DNA from: Nymphaea colorata
Lineage: Eukaryota
DNA length: 64,000 nucleotides
Direction: 5' to 3'
Assembly: GCF_008831285.2 (NCBI RefSeq)
Contig: NC_045138.2
Coordinates: 22,940,001 to 23,004,000, forward strand
Under the pieces are notes generated by a model. That model worked only from the letters and a program-made list of their open reading frames with translations, did not search any database and was not told the DNA's origin. Positions 1 to 14,296 of the stretch are shown here, piece after piece (within the stretch, counting starts at the first letter, position 1; every line of letters starts with the position of its first letter). The translations under genes and the position numbers were made by a program.

Positions 1-143
1 GCTGTCGTCAAATAATCTGGTGGCTGTTTGTTTATGTCAAATTTCAATGATAGTTAATGTGAACATCGCTTCTTGTAAAATTGTCTTCTATTATTATTCT
101 AGTAAACAAGAACAAGTATTAAAAAGAAAAAACGTATATATAC

Positions 144-146
<3 letters not shown>

Positions 147-193
<47 letters not shown>
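147..193. repeat. (TG)n(AG)n compound microsatellite
   Basis: Directly visible. Confidence 0.95.
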
Positions 194-194
<1 letters not shown>

Positions 195-1478
195 TTAAAT
201 CCAAAAATAACTTAAATTATTCAAAGTAAAAGAGTGCTTGTAACTATAAGTGAACAGGCACATGTACACACATACTTTTATGAAAAATCACAAGCAACAA
301 GAAAAAATGTGAAGACTAAAAAACTGCAGAAAAACATAAGAAAAGAATTCTGTCTCAAAAGAATAATAAGAACAAGAAAGAAAAAAAGGAACAAAAATTT
401 AAGTTGACAATGAAAGCCTATGCTATTTATTGCCTAGCAAACCTAGGCATCTAGGTGATATTCTAGGCATTTTCAAATGGCAGGTCACCTAAAATCAGCT
501 AGCCCAGACAACAGAGATCCAAGGCCAGCCTTTGACAACATGGACTCAAATGAAAACTTTGTGCTTTAACTGTGAGTTGAAAATCAAACTATTGACAGTT
601 CACGAGATCATCTATAAAGTTACTTTTTCAAAGTCAAAACACTACTTGTTGTCAACCTCTCTAAAAAAAAGTAAGGTTACATGTAGCACAGAGGAAAAGC
701 TTCATCAGATTATGTGGACGTATATGTATCTTACTTATAGTCATTACATACTTGATATATACATATGTACACATAGCCTCACATTTATCTTGTAATTTTG
801 AATTTGTTTTTCCTGTTTTACTGTAGTCTTACTGTTCTTTCTTCTGTATTTCTGTACACCCAATTAGTGGCTGAATGTGCGCCATTGCAGCTAGCTCCTC
901 CTTTCCTCTTGTTATATATATAAGGGTCAAGGACAACCTGTCTCTTGTATTATGGCTTTTGATGCCATTTGTTTGGTGATCAAGTTGATTACTATTCTGA
1001 TTAGGATAATGTGTTCTGGATAGTTAGTCTTCCAGAGTCTTAAGGGTTTCTTCCTCAGGTTCATGTGAACCTATTGTTGTGTTTGATTCCTTGTGAATCT
1101 TGTTGTGTGCCTTCCCATTCTATCTGGCTACATAAATGGCTAGTTTAGCTAGCCAAAAGAAAATAGAAATTCCCACAGTTACTGCTATCTTTTGTAGCAT
1201 AAGAAAAAGAGACTTTTTTGTACTAGATATGCATATCTATTATGCATTTCAGGGATAATAATAAAAATCACATTTTTATTATTTAATTTGTCATTATCTA
1301 TCTTTTATGCTTGCAATTTGTGAGAGGTTAAGTGTGATACTTCACAATCTGAGAGAGGTAAGTCTGTGCTTTGGACCCATCAATTGCCTTTCCAAGGAAT
1401 ACAACTTTGTCTCTTATGAGTCATATCTAAGGCTCTGTAAATGTATCTTAGATTACTCATGCAATGGATTCCACTTAC

Positions 1479-1583
1479 ACTATCAAGGCCCCGAATGTCC
1501 TTCATCGCACCTTCAGGATCAATAAGTGCCTTCACGATTGGACTTGTTGCAAGAGCAAATGCATTCCTTGCTTTGTCATATGT
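1479..1583 (-). CDS. ZDS: ZDS exon 6
   Basis: cag|ACA TAT...GAT AGT|gtaagt; [35 protein letters not shown]. Confidence 0.93.
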
Positions 1584-4500
1584 CTGCCATGAATTAAGAA
1601 AATCACCATTTAAAATTTTTTGGTAACCAAAGGCAAGACATTCTATGCTAATTATGTGTACCAAAGGAAATTGTTCTATGCATTTAAATGCCCAGGTATG
1701 GGAAAGAAGATATGAAAATACAAAAGCCAGTATCGGAAAAATGTCCAGGTAGATAACATTTGTCATGTCATATCACAGCCGCATTAAATGGTCTATGTCA
1801 CAGACACTGCAAGAAGGGGCTTTGAGCCAAATTAGCCATGTTACAGACATGAACATGCGTTGCAGATAGAAAAGAACCAATCACATTTGACTAAAGTCTT
1901 CAAATTTACAAATCTGGCAACCATATTCAGCTACTCCTTTATGTTAGAGTCACACCACCAAATTATATCATAAAACATGAACAGCGTATAACTTTTCAAG
2001 GAAGAAGTGGGGTCAAGAGATACACTTGTAGGTTAAAAATAGAAAGCGACACAAAGTTTTCTAATTAAGCTAATTAAGTATGAAAACAAAAAAAAAATCA
2101 ACAAAATTCATCTAACTTCAACAAATTTCAAAATTAATCCAAGTATTGTAGAATTTCTGCCATGTCATGCAGGCACAAGCATCTTGACTCAAGTTTTATG
2201 TTCTAGAAAAAAAAAATGAAGGAGATATTCACAGCTAATTTGCATTTTTTCATAAACAAATACAAGTTATCATTGCAATGTATAACCTTCAATTTACAAG
2301 GTTGCCCCACTGAAAGCATCACCAATAAATCAAATAGAAAAACTACCATTTCCTAGATGCTTGTGCAACATGCACCTTTTAGGTTAAATCCCCACAACCT
2401 ACACATTTCCCAATGTTCCAGAGACACACAAAGCCTTACAAAATATAATGCTTAAATATCATAATTAAAAATTAAAAGTACATGAAAACTAAAAATTTCC
2501 AGATTGACAGGTTTGATTTGTTTGGATAAGCAAGAAAATTTCCACCATGGTCTTGTTCAACAAACTAAGGTGTGTAACCAGCATTAAGTTACTTGCCAAT
2601 CACATGAAAATAAATAATGAATTACAAGCCTTTTAAGGCAACAAGCAGAACATCCTCTACCTGAAGCTGATTGGTAGTTAAGAATGCTCTAATTCCATGA
2701 ATTGGTGCTCCAATTGGAAACCGGAAATCTAGCTCTGGAAAAGAAGCAAGCTGAAACACTCACTCAAGCATGGAAGATGACCCTATGCATTTTTGAAGAA
2801 ACAGGAGAGGCAGACAAAGATCAACGTAAAATGGCTTACCACCAATTTCTCCCCCTTTATTAACAAAAGTGTGCACATGATCCTTCACCAGGAGATTTTG
2901 ATCAGCCCCCACCTATATTACAAGAAAGTAAAATCATATCGCAAATACCATAATGTACAGACCAAGCAAAGTGAAAAGAGCTTCCATGTCTACTTCCAAT
3001 TTGCACTTCAGGAAAAGGTAGTGGGGCTGTCTATCCCCCAGGCAGAAGTTGACAATATAATTACAGGACTAAAAAGATCTCACTACAACCTTAGAGAAAT
3101 AATCACCAAAAAGAAACCCATATATGCCCGAGGACAACAAGGACATCTTTTTTAATATGTATATTGTACTTGGTCCCTGCTCCCATCAAATCCAAAATAA
3201 AACATTTGGTAGGTTGTCTACAAAGGTTGTCAAAGGATACAAACTCAGCTATAAAATATGCAATAACTTACATTATCCTGACCTTTTTCATCAATCGGAA
3301 AAGGTTGTTGTAGCAACCAAAAAATACGTGAAGTCCCATCTCTATGTGGTTCCCACGCTTATCTATAAAAGAACCAACTTTTCCACCAATGAAGGAACGT
3401 GATTCATAAATGTCAACCTACAAAATGATAATCACAACTTTAAGACAAGTATATAACTGGCAGCATCATGAAAGTGACTATTAAGAAAACAGCAAATTTG
3501 TAAGTTGTTGGTGTACACCAATTATGTAATCAGTTGTTCAATGAGAGAGGAGCTAATAACTCAGGTGATATAAAATTATTAACACACCGGCTTTAGATAG
3601 CTCCCTGGTAGACTGGCAAGTCAATTATATTGCACAGTGCACACTTTTGTTTAGGAGAGAAGTTAAGATCATCTGCATTGATAATTTAAAGAAAAAAAAT
3701 GATGCACCCTAAACAGCTGCATCAGCACCAGTTTATGTGCACAAAACCGTGCAGTTAAAAGTAACAAGCCAACTTGGGTGCCGGGCTCCAGAAAATGGCC
3801 TAAATGGGGCATCAGCCATACCAGTCAGTTCTATTCAAGAAAAAAAGGGAAAAGAGGGAAGGAATATAAGGAAGAAGAGGGGGAAAGGTGGGAATTTTGA
3901 AATTCGACATTAACCATTACATTAACAACTCAAGAAAAAAAAGAAAGCCTTCGAGTTAAAATCCATAAACTTTTCTTGCCACACAGAAAGTACATAGGTG
4001 AACACATTTTTTCTCCAAATGCTACTCCACTTCAGTTGTATGCAGCACTACATATTAAACCAGCTCATAATTGCTTCTCCAGTCAACACTCTTACTGATA
4101 CCCAAAAAATAAGGAGAAAAGGAAAATTCTGTGTTATCAGCAAACATTTCCACAAGAAGATTAAACATTATAAACACCTGCCAAAATGCAGGTACACCAT
4201 GTAGATATTTCCATGCCTTAGACATAAGTAAGACACAGTCAAGTGCAGTAGATGCAACATTCCCTCTTTCTCAAATTAATCAATCAGCTTAGATTGGTCC
4301 ACCCTATTTTTCTCTTTTTTCAAGTTTCAAGTTGTTCAAGTTCTTCAAAGCCACTTAACCATGAACATATGTTACCCGTAAACGTATTGATTATTCACCA
4401 ACTTCATATATATTCTATGCACGTTAAACCAGCAGACAGTTTGAGACTTATTCTACCACATCCTTCATGTTTAAGGATTTTTTAAAAAATAATTGTGTAG

Positions 4501-4992
4501 TAGACATTATCAGCATACCTGATAGTCAACATAAAAAACATGGTTTTGGGCATGGAAAATTCATTTTAAAAGTCAAAAGATTTCAAACCGTTGATTTTAA
4601 ATTTTACAAGATTTTATCTACATGCTTCAAAAATATGTTTTATGGACTTGTACGTTTTGAATGTAGAGATCACATTCATATGGTAGATTAAAGAGAAATG
4701 CTAAAAATTATATATATTATAAGAGAAAGAGTAGGGTTGAAAATCTGCAAGCTGCCATACATGGGCAAATGGATTTTATTTTTAAATTTTGACACTAAAA
4801 AATGTCACGATAGGTGCATTGAGCCTTAAAAACTGGGGCCAAACAGAAACTATTGCCAGTGCACCTATTGCAATGGTTTTTAGCATCAGATTTTTAAAAA
4901 TATCCATCCAGCCATATGTGATAGCTGACATATTTCAATTTCTCACTCTCTTCCCCCCTCAATATCGCCCCCAACCAAAACCCCAAAACAAG

Positions 4993-5026
<34 letters not shown>

Positions 5027-6462
5027 ACATAGAATAACGTAAATATGAGAACATTATGAATTAATTATCAGTTGTTTGATCAACTTGATTGATAGTTCAC
5101 AAGGTATCAAGTGTAAAGCCATTTTCTCAAAAATGCTAACTTTTAATAAATAGTTTTACCATGATACATATATGGATCAACAATAGCGTGTTCAAGAAAC
5201 TCATAGTTAACTAGATATTTTCATATTCGCTTAGTACACATATTCATGAACCATGTATGTGTATCTTTATGTTTACTATAGAACTTGTATAGGCATAAGT
5301 ACAGGCCTAAACATATATATACATATTTATTTATACTTCTATTTATATTTCTATAAGGCTTCTTGAACATGAGCACTAGCCTTAATTGTTCGGATGGTTA
5401 TGAAGAACACTAATGAAAAGGAAGTTGACACTTTTTTCTTCTCCAAAACTAAAGGCTGCTAGCTCCAAAAGGTAATCTTTACCTTTTCGAAGAGTTACTT
5501 TAAATGTCTCTACCTGTAAAACATCTGTTCACATTGTTCAGATGGCCCATAATGTCACTCATGTTTATCAGTGCTCATATTTCAAATGTATATATAAATA
5601 TATATTATAGTTATTGGTGAGGTTTTATTGAGTACTGATTATAAAGTTTGTTTCCTTGGAAAATATCAGTAATTAAAAAACTAAAAAAATATGAAATAAA
5701 TAATACAAAAGAGATTATGAAATTGTGAGTTTTCTATTAATTTTCATACAAAAAAATTAAAATCAAAATAGTTATTAACATAGCAAAAGAAACCCAAGTA
5801 CCTACACATATAGATTATATTTTTAAGAAAAGCAAAAACATCATTGCAAAGCAGGATAGTTTGTTTTGTGGATATATCATGAATTTTTCACATTTTCCCT
5901 TTACCTGGCTTTTAACACAGAGTTTTTGGAAAAAAAAAAGCAATGGATCTCACAAATATAGTTCTTAGGCTTTTGCCAGTGAGATTCTTCTCAAATATCA
6001 TTCAAGAAAGTTTCTTCTCAAATATCATTCAAGAAAGTTTTTTTTCCAGGAAAGAATTTAGGAATTCAAAAGTTTTAAAGATTATATGACAAATATAGAA
6101 AAAAATTATAGCATTTAAGAATTTAACTTTCTTAGACATATATTGAGAAAGGTTAGACCTAGAACACAACAACGTACTTCTAAAAAAATAAATTCTATAC
6201 CAAAGGGAGAAGATATCATGATACTATCACGGAAAATACCATTTGTAATGTTTTGAGAAGATCACAAGATTTTCCATTTGTAAACAGTTTATGCTGTTGT
6301 CACAGTAAAAATTGCAATATTATATATATATATATACCTTGTCACCTATTGTGACGGCACTTGCTTAGCCACTGTTTTTAACAATAAAATGCACATTTTG
6401 CAATGCATTTTAGTGACATAAAATTACAAAAACAATCATGTGGCCACAGAGGCAGATGGTTG

Positions 6463-6534
<72 letters not shown>

Positions 6535-8279
6535 AAGAGAGAGAGACAGAGAGAGACAAAGAGACAGAGAGACAGAGAGAGAAAGAGAGTGAGAGAGAGT
6601 GGGTGAATGGTGACTCTGGTTGAGAGTCATCCAATTCATCATAATGAACAATTGAGAAAAAACCAAAGAAAATGTGTGAGCTAATATTAGATTATGAAAA
6701 TAATCATCACATTTTTCTCCTTATTTTTCTTTCAACCGTCCATCACATGAATTGGACAGCCCTCATGAGTGTGCTAGGTAACTATGAATAGCTAGAGTCA
6801 CCAGTCAATTTTCTTTATATATACATATATTTCAAATTATTAGCTTTCTAATGATTTTCTTAAGGAAACATCGATAAAAATTTGAAACAGTAATTAAAAT
6901 GTTGAGACTAATAAAAAAATTTAAAATATATTTAAAATTTTGTTTCTTTAAACAATTATATAAATATTGCAATAAAATTTTTGATGATATTATTGCAATA
7001 TTTTGAAAATATTGCCAATATTTGTAACAAAATACAAGCCATAAGGTTGTGGCTCAGAATCTAAATTCCGAATCTAATGGAATAGCTTCCCACCTCCATG
7101 CTTGTATCTGCACCCAATAGCTTATAAATTCAGAGATCAACAATCAGGAAGACACCGAACTTCCGTTAGGTGACATTATTCCCGAAACTTTCTCAAATGA
7201 AAAGAGCAAAAAATTTCAAAGTAAAAAGGAACAAGCAGGACAAAATCCGAAGAATAATGTGCATATTAGAAGGTAAGGATTCTATTTGGTTTTACTCTGG
7301 CTGTGGCTACAAGTGGACAGAAAAGCTGGTTTCACATACAATCATTAATGAAGCTTCAACTTTAAGGATATACTCAGAAAATAAGTACGAATTAACCATG
7401 AAAATTTGATACGCATTCAGCAGCAGGAATCATGCACCAACCTCGTGACCTTGATCCAGAAGCTCCACTGCAGTAGACATCCCAGCAAGTCCAGCTCCAA
7501 TAATAGCTACTTTAAGCTTGGGTCCTCTGTAGCGCTCTGGCTCTGGTGGAAACAAACCTTTCGGAGCTGCCAAATAAATGATAAACGAAGATAAGCATAA
7601 TACATGGATCAGGATTCTGCTAGTTCCGATGACAAAAAACCTACATAGTTTGCAAATAGAATCATGGTCAGTGTTTTCAGTATCCACAGTCTGCAGCACA
7701 AATTCTCTCAACACTTCAAAAATAACCAGTCCTCTACGCATGAAACGTAGAACAGTCGACGCCACTTTGAGAAACAGAACACAGACAGCTAGCAAAAACA
7801 GGCAAAAGGATAAAACCCCTTCACCCTTCGGTGCTTTCTGAAATAAAAGCAGCAAATACGAAAAACTCCATTAAAAGAAATTATCAATTTCCTGGCTCCC
7901 GAAACAGGATATGTTGCGAAAATGTTGCTTCTGCAATATATTGTGGGGCAACACATTCAAAAAGCGGATGTTCTTAAAGAAACAACGGGTAAATAGTCGA
8001 GGCAACTAGAACGCCATTTAACAGTCTATCTACTAAACGAAGAAGCCGAGGCAATTAACTCCCACTAAAAAAACCAGAACTGGAAGAACTTAGAAAAAGC
8101 CAGAAACCATGAGAGAAGAGTCCGATACCATTAACACTCATATCCGAAACCTTTGTCTCCAAACCGCATCGAACTCCCAACTTCCCTCCACGGAGGAGCA
8201 TCGCCGGTAACCCCAGGCTCTCACCACAAAATCCGCTCCTCCTCGCCGTGTACACCGTCGGAATCGACGCGCAAGCCAT
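1479..8279 (-). CDS. ZDS: Zeta-carotene desaturase, 5' part (exons 1-6; gene continues beyond the window start)
   Basis: Six GT-AG exons join in frame: 8129-8279, 7442-7566, 3283-3417, 2840-2912, 2661-2734, 1479-1583. Translation: MACASIP...[177 protein letters not shown]. This is the plant ZDS N-terminus with the GxGxxG FAD-binding motif. Confidence 0.96.
2661..2734 (-). CDS. ZDS: ZDS exon 5
   Basis: cag|AG CTA GAT...CTT CAG|gtaga; [25 protein letters not shown]. Confidence 0.93.
2840..2912 (-). CDS. ZDS: ZDS exon 4
   Basis: tag|GTG GGG...GGT G|gtaag; [24 protein letters not shown]. Confidence 0.93.
3283..3417 (-). CDS. ZDS: ZDS exon 3
   Basis: tag|GTT GAC...AAA AAG|gtcag; [45 protein letters not shown]. 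Confidence 0.95.
5985..6038. repeat. Perfect 27-bp tandem duplication
   Basis: TTCTTCTCAAATATCATTCAAGAAAGT x2. Confidence 0.9.
6466..6599. repeat. (AT)n followed by imperfect (GA)n
   Basis: Directly visible. Confidence 0.95.
6600..6813. mobile_element. MITE-like foldback beside an (AT)n/(GA)n microsatellite in ZDS intron 2; related copy at about 10730-10956
   Basis: Inverted TGGTGACTCT / AGAGTCACCA ends; internal ACAATTGAGA...AAT(A)TA...CATCA(C)ATTTT shared with 10730-10956. Confidence 0.55.
7442..7566 (-). CDS. ZDS: ZDS exon 2
   Basis: cag|CT CCG AAA...CAC GAG|gttgg; [42 protein letters not shown]. Confidence 0.95.
8129..8279 (-). CDS. ZDS: ZDS exon 1 (putative plastid transit peptide)
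   Basis: ATG at 8279; ends ...MSVN G|gtatc. Confidence 0.88.
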
Positions 8280-10285
8280 CGGAAAAACTTGAAACAAGCA
8301 AATTTCCCACAAAAATACAACCTACCGTCCAGAAACACCAAGCTTCCCCGCGGGAATTGGACCCAAACTTTCACAATCTCCACGATTATGCAACGGGAGA
8401 GAAGGCAGGAGAAGAAATAACCAGAGCTGTCTCGCTCTCTCTCACACACACACACTACTTATTCTTCGCCAGTTTCTGTCTCCAGTGAGACGGGAACCTC
8501 GATATTGGGCAGAGAGGAGATTCCCCTTTTCACCTCCTCGCCATTAACAGAACTACGTGGCCCCTTTTTTTATATCTGCGTGGTGGCGCCATCGTCTCCC
8601 TTTGTTCCGCTATCTCTTCTTCCTTAAAATGACTTCTCTAGCCTCATCGTTTTCCAGAAAATACTAAACGTTGCGAATCTGTATCAGAATCCAAATCCAA
8701 TTAAAGATCTGAGACCCATTTTGTGTCAAATATGAATGCAGCATGGTAATATGAGAAAGGGAAAGGGAACTTGGATTCTTTTCCAATTAGCGAGCCACGA
8801 TCTTCTCCCTCACTTATAGTCTACTCAATCAAACCAAAAGTGGATTCGAAATAAATAACTTATACTTTATAACGGGGATTTAATAAATATTCTAAAATTT
8901 TAGATCTTCTAACCAAATCCCAAATTTTAAAGGGAAAAAAAAGGCTGTGAGGATGTGTAGGAATCTGTATCCGACTAAAGATCCGAGACGCTCAAATTCG
9001 GATAGTTTACATCCCCACTTCCCAACTAAACCGGGTCTCTTACTTTTGTCATTTCTTTAGTTTGTCCTAACGCCAGTTCCGCAATGAGAGCATCTGGTAA
9101 TAGGAATGTTGCTTGGTATAGCACCACTGTAGTTAAAATCTTGGTTAAAATCTTGGTGAACGATTGCTCCTATCAAGGTGAAGCAGCTTGGTGCAGTGTT
9201 ATCTAAGTAGTAGTAGTAGTAGTAGCTAGCAGCGTTGTAGTTAAAATCTCAAATAAATTGAATCGGTTATCAATCTGCCAAAGAAAAACAAAAACCATAT
9301 ATTTTGAAAAAAAAATGGAAAATATTATAATTATATCCTAATACGATTTTAAAACATAGTAGAAGCATCACTCTAAGACACCGAAAGAAGACCTGGTACT
9401 CTAACGACATAGGGTGATGGATAGAGGGTTCGACCGTTTTATTGGGTGGTAAGATGAAATATTATTCTTCCTCATCAAACTATTTAATGAGTCATAGTCA
9501 TTCATCAAGGCTTCGACTCCCCTGTTACCAGATCACCAACTTCCTTGACATTCCGGCACTGGGCAGGCATCATCTCATATCATTAAAAAAAAAAAAAAAA
9601 ACACTTGCATGACATGAAAATTTCATTAGGATAACTCAAATTTAAATTGGGATGACTCAAAAATCATATGTGGTGCCCAAAGTGCCTTTCAACCAAAAAA
9701 GTCTTGGCCCTGCCACTAGAAATATGTACCACTACTGAAAGGTGATTTGATATTTTCTATACAGCGCATTAGCTAGGCAACCTTTAAGACTTGATATGAC
9801 GAAAATGGTAGTGACCATGTGGTGTTGAAATGAAAGAATGTAGGCAGCACTTCAATGAAAAATAAGCATATACGTAAAGGGACGACATGCTCTTGCACCT
9901 AGCCTTTTCTAAAGACTTCTCCACGGCGAAGTTATAGTTACCACGTTCTGGTTGTTGTCTAATAAAATGATCTAATCCTTTTGTTTCCCAAGACTATTCG
10001 GCTGGTCGGCCAATGCTGACCATTCAATCGGTAATCATTTATTTTCATTTTTCCAACTTGTGTTTGTGCTTTCTCCAATTATTTTCCGTTTACTATGTCT
10101 ACTGCCTTCATTTCACTTTCAAACATTTCCTCCAATCTGAAATTTTTTCTTTATAAGTGTATATGTATTGGTCAAGAGTGTCCCCCACCGCCCCCCTCCC
10201 CCCACAATTGTGTTTGCTTCAATTATTTCCCTTTAATATGTCTACTACTTTCATTTCATTTTTCAACATTTCCTTCAACATGGTA

Positions 10286-10320
<35 letters not shown>

Positions 10321-12339
10321 AGAAAGGTAGACCCATTAATATTAAAGTATTTTTGTGGAATCTAACATTGTAGGATGCTCTTAAGAGTGGTTTAATGAAA
10401 AACATATGTTAAATTAATAAATTTTACTATGATATTGTTTTTTAATAACTGTAAATTGAAGGTTCTTATAACATCAAGATTTTGATAGTAAAAAAGACCT
10501 CTTAAATATATGTATATATAGTCATTAAATTGTGAAATCAACATTTTTTTTACATTAAAACTGGCTGCCTAACTTTAAATCAGACGGCCAAATCTTTCAT
10601 ATATCCTACCCTCCCTCTCTCTCCATGTGAACAACTCTCTTTTCCTTTCTCATCTCCTTGCAATGGGGGCTTTAGCGGTTCTTCTCCTACCAACATCCGT
10701 GGACAGCCGGCAATGGCAAGGCAGGAGCTGGTGACCATGATTATCTAGAGCCACCCGACTCACTCATGGCTAATGTCTAATAGACAATTGAGAGAAAAAC
10801 AAAAAAATAAATATACGAATTAATACTGGATGGTAAAAATGTTCTTCATCATTTTCTATTTGCTTTCTCTCATCCATCCATAACAACCCTTGAGTGAGGT
10901 GGGTGGTGACCTCGGTGGTGGCATTGAATAAGCAGAGACTCACTGTTCAATTTTCCTGTAACTATGTTTTTCAGTGTCTCTTGCGTCCAAATGATGGTAA
11001 GCATTATAGCGACAACCATGAACATACAAATTTTATCTTGTCTGTGTCAAATCAAAATTATGCGATATATTTTTTGTTAACTACTTTGTTATGTAAAAAT
11101 AGTTTTATAATGCGATTCAAGAGACGTAATGCTCTTTCCCAGTGGATGCACCGCGGGCTATGAAAGGAAGGCGACGACTCTGGGAACCCAACTGCAGCTA
11201 TCTCTAAGGTCGGCTTCTCTCAACGGATTGATCTATTAATGAAATATGTCAATGGGGCATATTTATTTCGAAGGAGCACTGTGAATGCGGTTCGTCAGAC
11301 GGAAGGAAGGAAAAGATTGTTTGTTTTGGGAACAAGTCACTAATCAAGCTCTTCAGAAGCCTGCTTGCAAGGATACATAGCAAAGCCAGCGATAGCTGCT
11401 CTAAGGTTGAAGTATTGAAGTCTACAGGCAGGAAGCTGTTGATGCCTCAGAAAAATGGAGAAGGCAAGAGCAGTCAGTTTCAGGTCATAGTCTAACTAAG
11501 ATGTCAATAAGAAGGTGAAAGGGATGGATGCAATGAACTGTGCCTGCATCGGCAACTCTTATTCACAGTACCTCTCAGTTAATGGAACCCACCTAGGGAT
11601 CAGTCCAAGCAGAAGAGCTTTACACTAGCCGACCAACTAACACCCGCATGGGCATACGTTTTAGGAGGAATGCTCTCCTCCTCCATGATTCTGCAGCAAT
11701 GGCAGGGATAGAGGATCTTGCAGGAATGGATCAAGATGCAAGCAAACAGCCTGAGGAATTTAAGATAGTCCATTACAGATTTGTTGTCGTTTATGTGGGT
11801 TTCTTCTTGATCTTAATTTATAGTAGCTTTTTGACTCACTACCGTGCTTTAGTGCACTCATCCCCCGCTTGGCTGGATAATTAGTTTTTCATGCACATTA
11901 TATTTATTATCTGCTGTTAATGAAGGTTTAGGCTAGGGGCAGAGTTATGAATTTCTCGTTGTAGGGGCCACACTATAGTTTTAAAAATTTAACAAGAGTC
12001 TAAATATAATTTTTTAATTTATAATTTTTTTATATTAAGCTAAAATTTTAAAATTTACGTGTAATTTTTTATTTTTTATTTTGAAGGGAGGCCATGACCC
12101 TACCAGCACCCCTGTTTGGGCCTAGCCCCAGGCAGGTGTTCTACGGAAAATACAGAAAGATAATTAGTTGTCATTTTCATACTTTCAAATGCTATTTTGT
12201 GTATCCATGTTTAGTAAAAAATTTACTTTTGAACTGCCACTTTAGATTTGGAGAAGTACAAAATTTTATTTTACTGTAAGTTAAATATATTCCTATACTA
12301 TACTTTATTTTCATGTCATAATTGCATTGTAGGTACGAT

Positions 12340-12930
12340 TGCTGAACATAAGATTATGTTGGGGCTATTAATGGGACATATGTTTACTTAATTATTTCAA
12401 GCCAAATTCACCCAAAATATTAATTTAGGTATCACAACATAAAATAAAATGTATTTCTATATTTTCATTTAATATGAAAATTAATTTGAACATGTTGTAG
12501 CTGGTTGATAAGATTTTGCACGTGATGGCAAAGTATTGCTGGATGTTCCATTATACAACACATTGTTGTTTCTTCTAGTGAGTAATTTTGTTCTTATATA
12601 CAGAAAAATATCTTAACAAAATGAACATAATAACCGAACAAATGTTATGCAGTCAATGTTGTTTTTGCAAAAGCATTTTCATGATGCCTGTTATCACTCA
12701 AAAGAATTTAGAAATAATGATCCCACAAGCGAAACAAATGAATTATTTAATGCTTGCAATTTTCAACTTCAGAATGTTGTTCAGCTCGCATTTGGTGTTT
12801 CAAGAGGGAGACTTACTATGTCGAAATCTCAATATTTTATCACATCTCAAACTAAAACTGTATTAGCTTGTTGCATCTTACACTCATACGTAACTTGTTT
12901 AGGAGAATGGGTAGTGTTACGAAGATGAGT
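12340..12930 (+). mobile_element. PIF/Harbinger DDE transposase remnant
   Basis: Decayed motifs VGAINGT (GAIDGTH), VAG*..FARDGKVL (AGWEGSAHD), YHSKEF, ELFNACNFQLQNVVQLAFGV (ELFN.RH..LRNVIERAFG), LACCILHSYV. Confidence 0.75.
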
Positions 12931-13201
12931 TTCCTGAAAATATACACAATGATGAAACCAATGAAGATACTCTAAAAAATTAGACGTTTATCTTATTATC
13001 AGTGGGAAATGAAACAACATTAATCTTGAAAATCGTTCGATGATATAGTATTTTTATTTTGGCAAACTAAAAGTTTTCGCCCAAGCGTGCTTTCACGGAT
13101 GATTTTGTAAATATTCCGTAAGAGGGGACTATTACGAAACGGTCTCTTATATATGGATTAGCAACTTGGCGCGGCGATAGAATTTTAGCAGTTCCGCGGA
13201 G

Positions 13202-13263
13202 ATGGCGGCACTGAGCTCTTCGTTCCTTCAAATCGTCATCCCATCTTCGACAGAAACAACGAA
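13202..13263 (+). CDS. DUF2358 gene exon 1 (least certain exon)
   Basis: ATG GCG GCA...ACG AA|gtaag. Confidence 0.65.
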
Positions 13264-14240
13264 GTAAGAAGCACATACCCGTCTTTTCCAATCGTTCTCG
13301 CATCCCATCCATCGTGAAATTTATGAATTGTTGCCTATTTATCTATCAGTTTTTTTATTGCTTAATTCGGATTTTCTTGTGGCTTGCCAATGAAAAGAAA
13401 AATGGAACCGTAAGTGCTTTATCTCCTTGGCAGAGTAGAAATAGCGAGTTTTCGAAGGGATTGAAACAAAATAGTGGACGGGTTTGTTGTTCGTCAAAGG
13501 AAGGCTCGCCGATACTCAAATTCGCAGTAAGCGGGGTCACAGAGTTGCTTCGGATTCTCAGTTGGCGAAGTCCACGGTAAATATCTTGTTTTTTTTTATG
13601 ATATTTTTTTCTTTTGAAGTTCTCCTTTACTGTGAAAAGAAATTCCTATTAAATCGGGAATATACCATGTTGGATGCAATGAATTGTGTCCTTTGCCTTC
13701 TTCAAATAAAGGATGACTAGGGTGTTTTGTGTTTTGTTGATAGTTCGAATGAAACCGCTAAACAGCCTTCAGATGAGAGGCTTTCAGTTCGCGACATCGA
13801 AGACCTGGTTGCCATCATCGAGTCCGATTATCAGAGAGCTTATTTCCTTACGGGTTCTCCCTCTCTCTCTCTCTCTCTCGTGGTTATTGCTTCGTTCGAT
13901 GAACTATTTGCATGTGGTATTTTCTTCGTCTTGTACTAGCTAATATATCTGTTCACTTATTGAATGTTTTATTGGTTATGGCTGGTGGAAGTTCATAATC
14001 CTTTTCTTGTCCCTCTTTGGTTGGTTCAAAGAAGGAAAAAAGAAAGGCCGAGGGAAACATGCTAAGTCATTTTCTTCTTTCATTAAGGTCAAAACACTAA
14101 CTATAAGGATCACACCTATGTCAGACCCATATCACATAAGAGTGTGGACACAGGTGTGAGTACAGAGCAATTAAAAAAACTGGGTGCGAGTACGTGGCTC
14201 TCTCTCCCTTTGTGTGTGTGTATATAAAGATTTTTCTCTC

Positions 14241-14296
<56 letters not shown>

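Noticed and set aside
6410..6666. ORFs with IYIYIY / SLSLSL / ERERE runs (also 14116, 44883, 55156, 61913)
   Set aside because: Microsatellite translations.
11934..12130. Candidate small MITE with apparent TSD GTTTAGGC/GTTTGGGC
   Set aside because: The same GTTTGGGCC occurs in the related repeat near 36890, so it is probably internal; boundaries could not be fixed.
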